In this document: piece after piece, positions 11,638 through 23,416 of the stretch
Layout: each line of letters starts with the position of its first letter
Numbering within the stretch: the first letter of the stretch is position 1
Source of the DNA: an uncultured delta proteobacterium
GTDB lineage: Bacteria; Myxococcota_A; Polyangia; Haliangiales; Haliangiaceae
Length of the DNA stretch: 64,000 nucleotides
NCBI GenBank assembly: GCA_963772655.1
Contig: CAVYYE010000003.1
Span: forward strand, 2,801,341-2,865,340
Reading direction: 5' to 3'
The notes under the pieces: model-generated
Database searches by the model: none
Told to the model about the DNA's origin: nothing
The model's input: only the letters and a program-made list of their open reading frames with translations
Program-made: the position numbers and the translations under genes

Positions 11638-12477
11638 CTACTCGAGGCCCTCGAGCGACGGCAGCTCGGAGATGTTGGGCTGGAGGACGATCTCGATCCG
11701 CCGGTTGAGGGCGCGGTTCCGATCGTTGTCGTTGGGGGCGACCGGGTCGTACGGGCCGTACCCGGCGGCCGCCAGCACCTTGGGCTGCATGCCGTTCTTG
11801 ATCAGGAACCGCACCACGGTGACGGCCCGCTCGGTCGACAGCTCCCAGTTCGAGGGGAACCGGGCACTCTTGATCGGGATGTTGTCGGTGTGACCAGCGA
11901 TCAGGAAGTTGCGATCCCCGATCGTCGCCAGCACCTCGGCGACCTTCGCCAGCGTCTTCTGACCCGCCTTCTTGAGCTTGACGCTACCCGAGTCGAACAG
12001 GATGTCGTTCGGCATCGCGATGATCAGGCGGCCGTTGCGGGGCAGCACCTGCAGCTCCTTGGTGCTGATCATCGACTGCAGCTTCTGGACGAGCTTGCGG
12101 AACGTCGCCAGCCGGGCCTCGGCCGCGGCCTTCTGGCGGCGGAGCTCGGCGAGCTGGGCGATCGCGTACTTGTTGGCGGCGGTCAGCCCCTTCACGTTCT
12201 GGCCGAGCTGGCGCAGCCGGTCCTCCATCGCCGCGTTGGTGGCGGTGGTGATGTCGATCTCCTTCTGGAGCGCCGCCTTGTCGGTCTTGAGCGTGTCGCG
12301 GTCCTTGGTCAGGTCGTCGAACTTCTTCTGGAGGTCGGACTCGCGCTTCTTCTCGCTCGCCATCGCGGCGTCGTGCGCCGCCTTGGCCTCCGCCATTTGC
12401 CGCTTGTGGGTGCCCGTCGTGACGCACGCCGGGAGCGCGAGGGACGAGACGAGCAAAACCGACGCCAGCTTCCGCAT
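11638..12477 (-). CDS. OmpA/MotB-domain lipoprotein with coiled-coil region
   Basis: Lipobox LALPAC. Long coiled coil. C-terminal OmpA-like domain (GHTDNIPI...NRRIEIV). Confidence 0.85.
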   Translation of the reverse strand: MRKLASVLLVSSLALPACVTTGTHKRQMAEAKAAHDAAMASEKKRESDLQKKFDDLTKDRDTLKTDKAALQKEIDITTATNAAMEDRLRQLGQNVKGLTAANKYAIAQLAELRRQKAAAEARLATFRKLVQKLQSMISTKELQVLPRNGRLIIAMPNDILFDSGSVKLKKAGQKTLAKVAEVLATIGDRNFLIAGHTDNIPIKSARFPSNWELSTERAVTVVRFLIKNGMQPKVLAAAGYGPYDPVAPNDNDRNRALNRRIEIVLQPNISELPSLEGLE

Positions 12478-12514
12478 GGCGGCGGTTGTAACACGGTGCC
12501 CGGCCGACTCGCGG

Positions 12515-13861
<1,347 letters not shown>

Positions 13862-13873
13862 CGAGGGCGGAGA

Positions 13874-14932
13874 CTACGCCGGACGCGCCGCCGCAGCTAG
13901 CTTCTCCTCGACCATGATGTCCGCGACCTTGTAGGTCGGTGCGGCGAGCTTCTTCGAGCGTTCGCAGATCTCGTAGATCGTGTCGAAGATCTTCATCGTG
14001 CGCTCGCGCGCCGCCTTCGCGTCGTAGCCTTTGACCTCCTGCGCGACGTTGACGAGTCCGCCCGCGTTGATCGCGTAGTCGGGTGCGTACAGGATGCCGC
14101 GCGCGTGGAGGTCGTCACCGTGCCGAGGCTCGGCGAGTTGGTTGTTGGCCGCGCCGGCGACGATCGGCGTCTTGAGGTGCGGGACGGTGTCGTCGTTGAT
14201 GCCGGCACCGAGTGCGCACGGTGCGAACACGTCACACTCGACGTGGTGGATCTTGTCGATGCCGACCACCGCCGCGTTGAACTGACGCTGGCAGCGCTCG
14301 CTCTTGAGCGGATCGACATCCGCCACCGTGAGCCGCGCGCCCTGCGCGTGGAGCTCCTTGCACAGGTGGTAGCCGACGTGGCCGACCCCCTGGATCGCGA
14401 CGTGAACGCCCTCGAGCTTCGACTTGCCGAGCTTGAACTTCACGCACGCTTCGATCCCGCGACGCACGCCGAGCGCCGTGAACGGCGACGGATCGCCCGA
14501 GCCGCCATGCGACGGATCGATACCGGTGACGTGCTTGGTCACGGTACGCACGATCTCCATGTCCTCGAGACCGGTGCCGCTGTCCTCGGCGGTGATGTAG
14601 TGACCGCGCAGGTCCTCGATGAACCGTCCGAACGCGCGGAACAGCGCCACGCGATCGAATCGCGCCTTGGGGCGGATGATCACGCTCTTGCCGCCACCGT
14701 GCGCGAGGCCGGCGAGCGCCGCCTTGTAGGTCATGCCGCGCGCGAGGCGAAGCGCATCGGTATACGCGGCCTCGTCGGTGTCGTACTCGATGAATCGACA
14801 CCCACCGAGGGCCGGGCCGAGCCGCGAGTCGTGAACCGCGACGATCGCCTTGAGCTGCGTCGCCTTGTCGAGCCGGAAGTGGACCTCACCGAAGTCGTAG
14901 GTGTTGAGCTTGCCGAATACGTCCATCGGCAA
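13874..14932 (-). CDS. Leucine dehydrogenase (Glu/Leu/Phe/Val dehydrogenase family)
   Basis: GPALGGCRF, ALRLARGMTYK, GGGKSVI, ITAEDSG, VQGVGHVG, FAPCALG, ANNQL. Collinear with Bacillus LeuDH. 352 aa. Confidence 0.9.
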   Translation of the reverse strand: MPMDVFGKLNTYDFGEVHFRLDKATQLKAIVAVHDSRLGPALGGCRFIEYDTDEAAYTDALRLARGMTYKAALAGLAHGGGKSVIIRPKARFDRVALFRAFGRFIEDLRGHYITAEDSGTGLEDMEIVRTVTKHVTGIDPSHGGSGDPSPFTALGVRRGIEACVKFKLGKSKLEGVHVAIQGVGHVGYHLCKELHAQGARLTVADVDPLKSERCQRQFNAAVVGIDKIHHVECDVFAPCALGAGINDDTVPHLKTPIVAGAANNQLAEPRHGDDLHARGILYAPDYAINAGGLVNVAQEVKGYDAKAARERTMKIFDTIYEICERSKKLAAPTYKVADIMVEEKLAAAARPA

Positions 14933-15020
14933 GCTTCATAGGCGGGGCGCGCGGAGCTTGTCCATGCACACCCGCCGGTTTCGCGGTGCGATCCGTGGTG
15001 ACGCACCGAGCCAACCACCG

Positions 15021-16364
15021 CTAGGCCAACCGGATCGCGCCGGCCGCGAACAGCACCGCGATCGCGGCGAGCACGGCGAGCAGCGCGATCCACGGTCCCC
15101 ACGTGCGCAGGCGGTGTGGTCGGTTCTCGGGAGCCACCCGAGGCGGTGACCGCGGCAGTAGGGGCATCGACAACGGCGGCACCGTTCCGGAGGGCTTCGG
15201 CGTCGCGAACCGGATCGCCGGCTCGGTGAACGGACGACCGAAGGGCTCGCTGTGTTCGTCCGGGCGACGGACCGTGATGCGGCGTGCGTTCTCGTCGAGG
15301 TCGGCCGGATCACTGACCAGCTCGAGCATCCGCCGCACGTGCGAGAGACTCGGACGCTGCTTCGGGTCCTTGGCCAACATCTCGAGCACCAGGCGATCGA
15401 TCTCCTCGGGCACCTCGGGTACCAGCGACGAGGGCGCCGGCGGCTCCATCGTGAGGTGTGCCGTGATCATCTCGACCGCGTTCTTCGCGAGAAACGGTGG
15501 ACGCGCGGTCAGACACTCGAACGCGATCGCACCGAGCGAGTAGACGTCGGATGCGAACACGACCTCGGTGGGAGAGCTCGCCTGCTCGGGTGCGATGTAC
15601 ATCGGCGTCCCCAGCAACTGTCCGCGCCCGGTGAGCACCATCGCGCGCTTGTCGTTGGCGAGCTTGGCGACGCCGAAATCGAGCAGCTTCACGAGCGGCT
15701 CGTCGTGGGCGATGTCGGCGAGGAAGATGTTCTCGGGCTTGATGTCGCGGTGGATCACCCGCTTGTCGTGGGCGGCTTCGAGTGCGCGCGTGACGCTCTT
15801 CACCGTGCGCGCCATCTGGACGAGCGACATCCGTCCGCGGCGCAGGCGCTCGCGCAGCGTCTCGCCGACCAGCCACTCCATCGCGAAGTAGCGGCGGCCA
15901 TCGGGCATCTCGCCGAACGCGAAGATGTCGACGATGTTGGGGTGACCGATCTGGTTGACGATCCTCGCCTCGGTGATGAACCGCTCGATCGTGGTCGGGT
16001 CCTCGCAGAACTGATGCTTGAGCACCTTGATCGCGGCGCGCTTGCCGATCAGCGGATGGATCGCCGAGAACACCGTGCCCATCCCGCCCTCTCCGAGCTT
16101 GCCGAAGATCTCGAAGTCACCGAGCGTCGAGCCGCGCGAGAGCTCGTAGTCGGAGAGGTTGAGGACGTCGGTGTCGCGCGTGATCGCCGTGCGGAATTTC
16201 CCGGACGGAAGGGTGTCGGGCTCCTGCGTGACCGGTGTCAGCTGGTCGCTCGGCGGACCTTCATACGCCAGCGAGCTGTCAGGCGAGCCAGTGCCCTCGG
16301 GGTAGGGGGTGACCTCCGTTATTTGGTTGGAGATCGGCTTGGAGCCACGAGGTGAGTCCACCAT
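15021..16364 (-). CDS. Ser/Thr protein kinase with C-terminal transmembrane anchor
   Basis: GEGGMGTV, AIKVLK, HRDIKPEN, LLDFGVAK, APEQ. C-terminal hydrophobic WIALLAVLAAIAVLFAAGAI. Confidence 0.85.
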   Translation of the reverse strand: MVDSPRGSKPISNQITEVTPYPEGTGSPDSSLAYEGPPSDQLTPVTQEPDTLPSGKFRTAITRDTDVLNLSDYELSRGSTLGDFEIFGKLGEGGMGTVFSAIHPLIGKRAAIKVLKHQFCEDPTTIERFITEARIVNQIGHPNIVDIFAFGEMPDGRRYFAMEWLVGETLRERLRRGRMSLVQMARTVKSVTRALEAAHDKRVIHRDIKPENIFLADIAHDEPLVKLLDFGVAKLANDKRAMVLTGRGQLLGTPMYIAPEQASSPTEVVFASDVYSLGAIAFECLTARPPFLAKNAVEMITAHLTMEPPAPSSLVPEVPEEIDRLVLEMLAKDPKQRPSLSHVRRMLELVSDPADLDENARRITVRRPDEHSEPFGRPFTEPAIRFATPKPSGTVPPLSMPLLPRSPPRVAPENRPHRLRTWGPWIALLAVLAAIAVLFAAGAIRLA

Positions 16365-16412
16365 CGACCAGTATCGCATGCACCGGGTCCCGAGCGCCCC
16401 GGTTTCGGCCGG

Positions 16413-17111
16413 TCAAGGTTGGCAGCCGCCGATGCCGAAACCCTCGGCGGGCGCGATCTGGACCCGGGACTCGGTCATCGGTCCCCACTGGCCATCCTCG
16501 TCGATCAGATCGTCGGGGGCGTTCCGGTTCCACAGGCGCTGGAACGCGAGCACGTCGGCGCCGCGGATGTCGGGCGAGGCCAAGTGGTCGAAGTGCACGG
16601 GGTCGCCGGGGACCGAGTGATCCCATCCGTGATCTGCGAATACGGTGATCCAGGCATCGTAGTTGGAGACGTCGAGCGCTCGCCCGCTCTCGTGGTTCGA
16701 CCGGCCGGGTTCGGCGGCGGCGGTGATGCCGCAGCGTCCGAGGTCGAACCATCGGCGAAGCAGGTACTGCTGGACCACGGTGCGGAACCCGCTCGTGATC
16801 TCGACGGTATCTGTGCCCGCCGCCGCTGCGGCGAAGAGGTCGTCGCGTGCATCGGCGGCGAGGTACGGCAACACCGCGGATCCCACGAACGCGACCCCCG
16901 CCGCCTCGTCGAAGCGTTCGAGCTCGCCCGGCATCATGCAGCCGACCTCGTCGGCGATCTGGATCGAGAGCGCGAGCACGTCGGCGGTGCTACACGAGGT
17001 CATCTCGAAGCTACTCACGGGGGTGCCGTCAATCGAGGGCATCGGGCCATCGGGCGGCTCGGGGTCGGTCCCGCAAGCTGCCAGGACCGCACAGGCGAGG
17101 AGCCACCGCAT
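16413..17111 (-). CDS. Peptidase M15 (VanY/D-Ala-D-Ala carboxypeptidase-like) lipoprotein
   Basis: Lipobox VLAAC. SGFRT, SNHESGRALDV, HFDH: the zinc ligands and motifs of the M15 family. Confidence 0.75.
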   Translation of the reverse strand: MRWLLACAVLAACGTDPEPPDGPMPSIDGTPVSSFEMTSCSTADVLALSIQIADEVGCMMPGELERFDEAAGVAFVGSAVLPYLAADARDDLFAAAAAGTDTVEITSGFRTVVQQYLLRRWFDLGRCGITAAAEPGRSNHESGRALDVSNYDAWITVFADHGWDHSVPGDPVHFDHLASPDIRGADVLAFQRLWNRNAPDDLIDEDGQWGPMTESRVQIAPAEGFGIGGCQP

Positions 17112-17243
17112 CGACCCATCGTGTCACAACTGGGAACCCACCGGCGCGCATGCGAAAGCCATTGGCGCGGAGTCCCTGTGACCGCCGGCACGTCCGAAAC
17201 CATCTTGATACGCCGGAGCCCCGATGCGCTAGTGTCCGCCTCG

Positions 17244-19205
17244 ATGCGGACCGTCGTGTTTCTGTCACTGTGCGTGCTCGCCGCCTGCGGCGACAACAAC
17301 ACCCGCGAGTTGCCCACGCCCCAGGAGTGCAACCCGCTGGGAGGAACCAGCTGCATCACGCCGTGGCCGAGTGCGCTCTACGAGGTCGACGACGCGACCA
17401 CGATCAGCGGCAAGCGACTCGCGATTCCGGTCGGGGCGCTGCCCACGAACATCGACGACATCACGATCGATCCCGAGCTGTTCGACAACCTCGACGGGTT
17501 CTCGTCGGCGGCCCCGATGGTCACCGCGTTCTCGACGGGCGTCGACGGATCGAACCTGGTGCCGTACGCCAACCTCGCGGCCAGCGTCACCGACGCCAGC
17601 CCGACGGTGATCGTCGACATGTCGACCGGCGAGCTGGTCGAGCACTGGGCCGAGCTCGATGCGAGCGCTGCGGACACGCCCGACAAGCAGGCGCTCTACA
17701 TCCGGCCGTCGAAGCTGCTCAAGGGCAGCACGCGGTACGCGGTCGCGATCAAGAAGACGCTCAAGGCCAAGGATGGCGGCGAGCTCCCGATTCCCGAGGG
17801 CTTCCAGGCGATCCTCGACGACGAGCCGACCTCGCACGTCCTGCTCGAGGCCGCGCGCTCGCGCTACACCGACATCTTCGCGGCGCTCGAGGCCCACGGC
17901 ATCCAGCGCACCGACCTCGTCACCGCGTGGGACTTCACGACCGCATCGCGCGAGTCGATTCGCGCCGACCTGGTCAACGCGCGCGATACCGCGCTCGCGA
18001 TGATCGGGACCAACGGCGCCAACCTCACCTTCACGATCGACAACGACGAGGTGCCCTCCGACGCGCGGTTCGCGCGCCGGATCGACGGCACCTACGACGT
18101 CCCGCTGTTCCTCACCAACAACGGTATCGCGTCCGGGTCGTCCCGGCTGCAGCGCGACGCCGAGGGCAAGCCGATGGCGACCGGCATGTATCGCGTGCCG
18201 TTCACCGCGCTGGTCCCGCAGTGCGCGATGACTGCCACCGATCCCGTGCCGATGATGATCTACGGCCACGGTCTGCTCGGCAAAGCCATCGATCAGGTAT
18301 CGAGCGGTGGCGCCAAGAACGCCGCCGCCGGCGTGTGCGCCGTCGTGCTCGGCACCGACATGCGCGGCATGTCCGAGCAGGACGTCCCCAACGTCGCGCT
18401 GTCACTCAACGACGCCAACAACGGGCGCTCGATCTTCGACGTGCTCGTTCAGGGCATGGTCAACCACGTCGTGCTGGTCCAGCTCGCGCGCGGTGCGTTC
18501 ACCACCGACGTGTTCACCAAGACGGCGAATGGCCCGTCGCTGGTCGACCCCGACAAGTTCTACTACTACGGGATCTCGCAGGGCGGGATCATGGGCACCA
18601 CCGTGTGCGCGATCGATCCGGTGATCGAGAAGTGCGTGCTCCAGGTCGGCGCGATCAACTACTCGATCCTGCTCGAGCGGTCACACGACTGGGAGACCTA
18701 CAGCACGATCCTCCGTGGCGCCTATCCCGACCCGCTCGACCAGGTCCTGATCATCAACCTCATGCAGACCCAGTGGGACCGCACCGAGCCCACCGGTGTC
18801 GCCGACGTGATCGTGGGCGATGGCTTCCCGGGTACGCCGAAGAAGCACGTGTTCATGCAGTTCGGGATCGGTGATGTCGAGGTCTCCAACCTCGGTAGCG
18901 AGTATCAGGCGCGCACGATGGGCATCCCGGTGATCACGCCGTCGCCGTACATCCCGCAGGGCCTCGTCGGTACCGACCAGCCCGTCGAGAGTGGCGTGGT
19001 GATCTACGACTTCGGCGTCGGCGACACGATCCCGACGACCAACACGCCGCCGCCGGAGAACGACGTGCACTCGAACCTCCGCAACAAGCAGGCGACGGTC
19101 GACATGATGAAGCACTTCTACGAGACCGGCGAGATCGTGCAGATGTGCACCGGCGAGAAGGGCTGCGATTGCACCGAGGCGGGTGCCTGCGGCGCCGGCC
19201 TGTAG
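17244..19205 (+). CDS. Secreted lipoprotein, alpha/beta-hydrolase-like (GISQG nucleophile elbow) with Cys-rich C-terminal tail
   Basis: Internal Met with lipobox MRTVVFLSLCVLAAC. YYYGISQGG (GxSxG). C-terminal CTGEKGCDCTEAGACG. The upstream part of the listed 928-aa ORF is antisense to the M15 peptidase gene. Confidence 0.7.
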   Translation: MRTVVFLSLCVLAACGDNNTRELPTPQECNPLGGTSCITPWPSALYEVDDATTISGKRLAIPVGALPTNIDDITIDPELFDNLDGFSSAAPMVTAFSTGVDGSNLVPYANLAASVTDASPTVIVDMSTGELVEHWAELDASAADTPDKQALYIRPSKLLKGSTRYAVAIKKTLKAKDGGELPIPEGFQAILDDEPTSHVLLEAARSRYTDIFAALEAHGIQRTDLVTAWDFTTASRESIRADLVNARDTALAMIGTNGANLTFTIDNDEVPSDARFARRIDGTYDVPLFLTNNGIASGSSRLQRDAEGKPMATGMYRVPFTALVPQCAMTATDPVPMMIYGHGLLGKAIDQVSSGGAKNAAAGVCAVVLGTDMRGMSEQDVPNVALSLNDANNGRSIFDVLVQGMVNHVVLVQLARGAFTTDVFTKTANGPSLVDPDKFYYYGISQGGIMGTTVCAIDPVIEKCVLQVGAINYSILLERSHDWETYSTILRGAYPDPLDQVLIINLMQTQWDRTEPTGVADVIVGDGFPGTPKKHVFMQFGIGDVEVSNLGSEYQARTMGIPVITPSPYIPQGLVGTDQPVESGVVIYDFGVGDTIPTTNTPPPENDVHSNLRNKQATVDMMKHFYETGEIVQMCTGEKGCDCTEAGACGAGL

Positions 19206-19208
19206 TCG

Positions 19209-20360
19209 CTACTTCTTCGAGCGCCACATGATGATCAGGTGGTTCCGGAACTTGATGTCCGGATACCCGAACCGGAAGTTCAGCTTCCGATGCGGCTGCG
19301 CCTTGAACATCTTCGCCCACACCGGCGAGAACGGCGCACCGGGATCCATCTCCGAGCGCTCGAAGGTGCCGTAGGTCTCGTACTTGAAGCCCGCCGGCTT
19401 GCCGTACTTCGGCGATAGCCCGGTGGCATCGGACACCATCCAGTCGACGTCGTCGATGATGTACTGCCGCATGGTCTTGAAGTTGGTGAACGACAGCAGG
19501 AACGACGCCGCCTTGGTCATCGCCGCGACGTGACCCTTCTTGTGGAGGTGGGCGAGGATCGCGGGGTGCTTCTTCAGGTGGGCGTCCTCGAGGTTGGCGA
19601 CGATGTGGCGATAGACCTGCTCGTGCTTGCTGCCGAGCTTGCGGAACTTGATCTCGACGTTGGCGAGCGTCTGGTTGCGCTTGTTCTGGTTCCGGATCTT
19701 GTCGGCCTTGTCGAGGTCCTGGGCGGTGAGGTAGCGAATGCCGCCGTCGTCGGTGAGCTCGAAGTACTTCATCGAGGTCGGCTCGTAGCCATAGAGCCAC
19801 AGCGCGGACAGGCTGAAGATCAGCTGCGTCGGCAGCTTGGCGCCGCGCATGAAGTCCATCATGTCCTTGGTGTGGGAGTAGTTGCGCCGGTACAGGAGCT
19901 CCATGCCCTTGGCCGACAGCTGGAGCTGCCGCTTGACCTCGCGCGGCTTGAGCTTGGCGAGCGCGCGAGGATCGCCGGCGGGCTCGAGCGCGATCGTGGT
20001 GATCTCGTCGGCGTCGGGAAACACGGCGAGTGCCGATCCGAGGTCGCCACCGGCGAACGGGTAGACCACGGTCTTGGGCACGGTGTTCGGCACGTGGTCG
20101 TGGAAGAACGCCGTGGCGTGGGCCTGCCACGACGCCTTGTAGGCCGCCTGCATCTTGTGCATCGCCCTGCAGTGGGCGGCGATCGTGGCGGGCTTGACCG
20201 TGGTGGGCGTGCCGTCGGCACACACCCCGACGACCATCAGCTCCTTGGCCTCGTCGAGCAGCTGCGCCGGTCGATCGGCGACCGAGACCCGGTCGGCGCG
20301 CGCGGGCGCGGTGGCAGCGAGACAAAGCCCGGTAGCGAGAATAGGTAGCAGGCGGCGCAT
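19209..20360 (-). CDS. Secreted hypothetical protein, uncharacterised family (paralog A of 27443..28657)
   Basis: Signal MRRLLPILATGLCLAATAPARA. Shares VVYPFAGGDL, LPTQLIFxL, GSKHEQVYRH, MTKAASxLLS and FRFGYP blocks with the 27443 protein. Confidence 0.7.
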   Translation of the reverse strand: MRRLLPILATGLCLAATAPARADRVSVADRPAQLLDEAKELMVVGVCADGTPTTVKPATIAAHCRAMHKMQAAYKASWQAHATAFFHDHVPNTVPKTVVYPFAGGDLGSALAVFPDADEITTIALEPAGDPRALAKLKPREVKRQLQLSAKGMELLYRRNYSHTKDMMDFMRGAKLPTQLIFSLSALWLYGYEPTSMKYFELTDDGGIRYLTAQDLDKADKIRNQNKRNQTLANVEIKFRKLGSKHEQVYRHIVANLEDAHLKKHPAILAHLHKKGHVAAMTKAASFLLSFTNFKTMRQYIIDDVDWMVSDATGLSPKYGKPAGFKYETYGTFERSEMDPGAPFSPVWAKMFKAQPHRKLNFRFGYPDIKFRNHLIIMWRSKK

Positions 20361-20437
20361 GGGCGGGAATCTCCCACGAGTCGAACGCGTGGTCGACATC
20401 CGGCATTCAACCTCGCGGGTCGATTTTCGAGGTCGCC

Positions 20438-22255
20438 CTACCGAAACATCAGCTCGCGGTAGAGCGCCATCTTCTTGTACTGGTGGGTCTCCATCCGTCG
20501 CAGGATCGAATCCAGCGTGTGAACCGCGCGGGCGATGTAGGCGCCTTTGTTGAGCATCACGCACTCGGCGCGCACCGACATCGCGGCATCGGTGATCTCC
20601 CCGCGCGACGGCAGCCCGGTCTTGGCGAGGTTCTCGAGCACCTGGGTCGCCCAGATCACCGGCACGTGCGCCGCCTCGCACAACCACAGGATCTCCTCCT
20701 GGAGCTCGGCGAGCCGTTCGAAGCCGACCTCGACCGCGAGATCGCCGCGCGCGATCATCACGGCGACCGGGTGATAGCGCAGCGCCTCGAGCAGCAGCTC
20801 GGACAGGTTGCGGAACCCCGACGAGGTCTCGATCTTGAGCACGAGCCCGATGTCGTCGCGCTCGGCCTCCGCCAGCACCTTGCGCATCACGCGCACGTCC
20901 TCCGCGGAGCGCACGAACGACAGCCCGATCATGTCGGCGTGCTCGAGCGCGAGCACGAGGCTGTCGCGATCCTTGTCGGAAATCGCGGCGAGCACGTCGA
21001 GGGTTGGCGTGTCGGGGAGGTTGATCCCCATCTCGCCGCGGATCCGGAACCGCTTGGCCGGCGTGCGCACGACCCGGAGCAGCACGCGTCCGGGCGCGGT
21101 CTCGACGGCGACCGCCTCGAGCTTGCCGTCGTCGACGAACACGCGATGGCCGACCGCGACCTCCGCGAGCAGGTTCGGCAGCGACATGCCGACCTCGAGG
21201 AAGCCACGCGACGCGTCGCGATCGATCGCCGACGGATCGGCGACCAGCCAGAACCGATCGTCGACGGCGAGCCCGACGCTGGTCTCGACGAGCGGCAACG
21301 CACCGGGAGGGAACCGCGCGAGCTCGCGGCCACCGCGCCGCAAGCTCAGCTCGGTGTGGTCGGTGAGGTACGTGGTCTCCTGCAACAGCGCCTCGACGCG
21401 ACCATCGTCGACGCGCGACACGATCACGCGTCGCTTCTTGCCGCGCGCGTCGCGGAACCGCAGCTCGTCACCGGGTTGCAGTCGTGCGAGCTGCTCGGCC
21501 GGGATCGGGATCGACGTCGGCGACGACTCGGTCGAGAGCTGCACGGCGAGTGCACCGGCAACGGCACCGAGCTCGTTCTTCGGCGGACGCAGTTTGTGGA
21601 CATGGACTCCGGGGCCGAGCGGGAGCGTGCGCAGCTTGGGGCCTTCGAGATCGATCAGGATGCGGACGTCGCGGTCGAGCGCGCGAGCGGTCTCGCGGAT
21701 CGTCGCGATCGCGCGCCGCCAGCCCTCGGCATCGTCGTGTGCGGTGTTGAGGCGAAAGCAGTTGGCGCCAGCCTCGAGCACCTCGCGCACCCAGGCCGGC
21801 GTGACGTCGCGGGCAGCGGGCAAGGTGACGAGGATGTAGACGTGGCGCGGCGACGGCTTGGGACCGAACAGCGCTCGCGAGTTTTCGTGGAGAAGCTCCT
21901 CGGCCTCGGCCGGCGTGATCGACGGAGCCGTCTCCGCGTCGCCGGAACGCGCGCGGTTCGCGATGTCGATTCGCGCGACCCCGCACATCTCGCCAAGTCG
22001 TGCGCGAACCTGCTCCAGGCTGTGTTGCACCCGGGCCTCGCACCGCCCGAGCGAGCTGAGCCCGAGCTCCGAGAGCTCCATCTGGAGCCGGCGCAAGTCG
22101 TGGCGGCGAAGGGCGAGGTAGTGAACCAGGTTGACGGCGCTCGCGGTGTTACGCGGATCGACGAGGCGCAGGGACTCCCCGGCCTCGACGACCTCACCGT
22201 CGAGAGACTGCAGCAACTGATCGAGTCGGTCGACGAGTGCACGCGGGTCGGGCAT
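20438..22255 (-). CDS. Pyruvate kinase-like protein (long atypical form)
   Basis: LKIETS, MIARGDLAVE and IWATQVLE: PK barrel catalytic motifs. GGAGG Shine-Dalgarno 3 nt upstream of ATG at 22255. Confidence 0.75.
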   Translation of the reverse strand: MPDPRALVDRLDQLLQSLDGEVVEAGESLRLVDPRNTASAVNLVHYLALRRHDLRRLQMELSELGLSSLGRCEARVQHSLEQVRARLGEMCGVARIDIANRARSGDAETAPSITPAEAEELLHENSRALFGPKPSPRHVYILVTLPAARDVTPAWVREVLEAGANCFRLNTAHDDAEGWRRAIATIRETARALDRDVRILIDLEGPKLRTLPLGPGVHVHKLRPPKNELGAVAGALAVQLSTESSPTSIPIPAEQLARLQPGDELRFRDARGKKRRVIVSRVDDGRVEALLQETTYLTDHTELSLRRGGRELARFPPGALPLVETSVGLAVDDRFWLVADPSAIDRDASRGFLEVGMSLPNLLAEVAVGHRVFVDDGKLEAVAVETAPGRVLLRVVRTPAKRFRIRGEMGINLPDTPTLDVLAAISDKDRDSLVLALEHADMIGLSFVRSAEDVRVMRKVLAEAERDDIGLVLKIETSSGFRNLSELLLEALRYHPVAVMIARGDLAVEVGFERLAELQEEILWLCEAAHVPVIWATQVLENLAKTGLPSRGEITDAAMSVRAECVMLNKGAYIARAVHTLDSILRRMETHQYKKMALYRELMFR

Positions 22256-22363
22256 GGTCCTCCGAAAGACGTGCATCCCGAGGGCCAGTGCTGCGCAGGA
22301 ATTTTCGCGCACGACGTGCGTGACGATCGTGTCGCAGGTGTCTGGGTGGCCGCTCGCGAAGTC

Positions 22364-23337
22364 TTACGGCATCGGGTGGGCCTGGAAGAACGCCATCACC
22401 TGCTCGCCCCACGTGAAGCTGTTGGGAAGCACGCAGGGGATCGCGTACTGCGCGGCGTAGGGATCGGTCGTGCTGCCCGCGATGCAGTGTCCCTTGGCGC
22501 TCGCGAACGGGCCGTCGGACACGGTCTCGTACGAGTGCTCGAAGGTCTCGATCAGCTCGCCGTCGGGACCGGTCCATCGGTTGTGGGTGTAGGTGGCGTC
22601 GCCGTCGACGGGCGTCGGTCCGGTCGCGTTGTACTCGGCGATCGCGGCGTCGCGGATCGTCACCATGCTCTGAAACCCGACCGAGGCGTCGGTGCGGCCC
22701 ATCATGAACACGATCGGGATCGGGCGCGACGGCGTGCGACCGGTCTCGAAGCAGGTCTGCTCGCCGAAGTTGGTGCCGCGGCCCGCCCCGGCCGGCGCCG
22801 CCGACGCGAACAGGTCGGCGTGATCGCAGAGCAGGCGCCAGGTCACGAACCCGCCACGCGAGAACCCGGTGACGTGAATCCGCTTGACGTCGACGCGAAA
22901 CACGTCGCGGAACTGCCCCACGATGTCGACCAGCGTGGCGTCGTTGCTCGCGTGCCAGGTCGAGCCCTGAAAGCCGCCGCCGAACGGCGGACCGGTCGGA
23001 GCGACGACGACGTATCCGTTCTGCTCGCCGAGGTCGCGCATCTGGATGTGGCCGTCCATGAGGAGGCCGTTGCCGGTGTCGCCGTGAAGCACGAGGATCA
23101 GGCCGCAGCCCGGTGCCTCGCACACCGCCGGGATCCGCGCGTCGACCTGGAGGCCGCCGCAGCTGTACACGTGATCGCCCGCGCTGATGTCGTCGATGCA
23201 GCCGGCGGGCACCGGCGGATCGGCCGGAGCGTCGGCGGGCGGCGCATCGTCGCCGGTAGCGGGATCGCTGCTGCCACCACACGCCATCGCCCCCAGGATC
23301 GCAACGAGGATCGCGAGAGCCAGCCCGATTCGCACGG
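22364..23337 (-). CDS. Esterase / PHB-depolymerase-family lipoprotein (alpha/beta hydrolase)
   Basis: GTG start giving VRIGLALAILVAILGAMAC lipoprotein signal. ILVLHG, HVTGFSRGG (GxSxG). The rest of the listed 1052-aa ORF is read-through antisense to the 23417 gene. Confidence 0.7.
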
Positions 23338-23416
23338 ATCGATTGTAACCAACGCGGGGGCCGATCGGCGGCCGGATCGATCGAGCGCCCCGGGCGGTGT
23401 GCGTTAGGGTCCGCCC

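Noticed and set aside
16419-17243. 5' 275 codons of the listed 928-aa plus ORF
   Set aside because: Antisense to the M15 peptidase gene. The convincing gene starts at the internal Met with a lipoprotein signal at 17244.
20483-23407. 974-aa plus-strand ORF
   Set aside because: Runs antisense across the pyruvate-kinase-like and esterase genes. R/G/D-rich composition, no domains.
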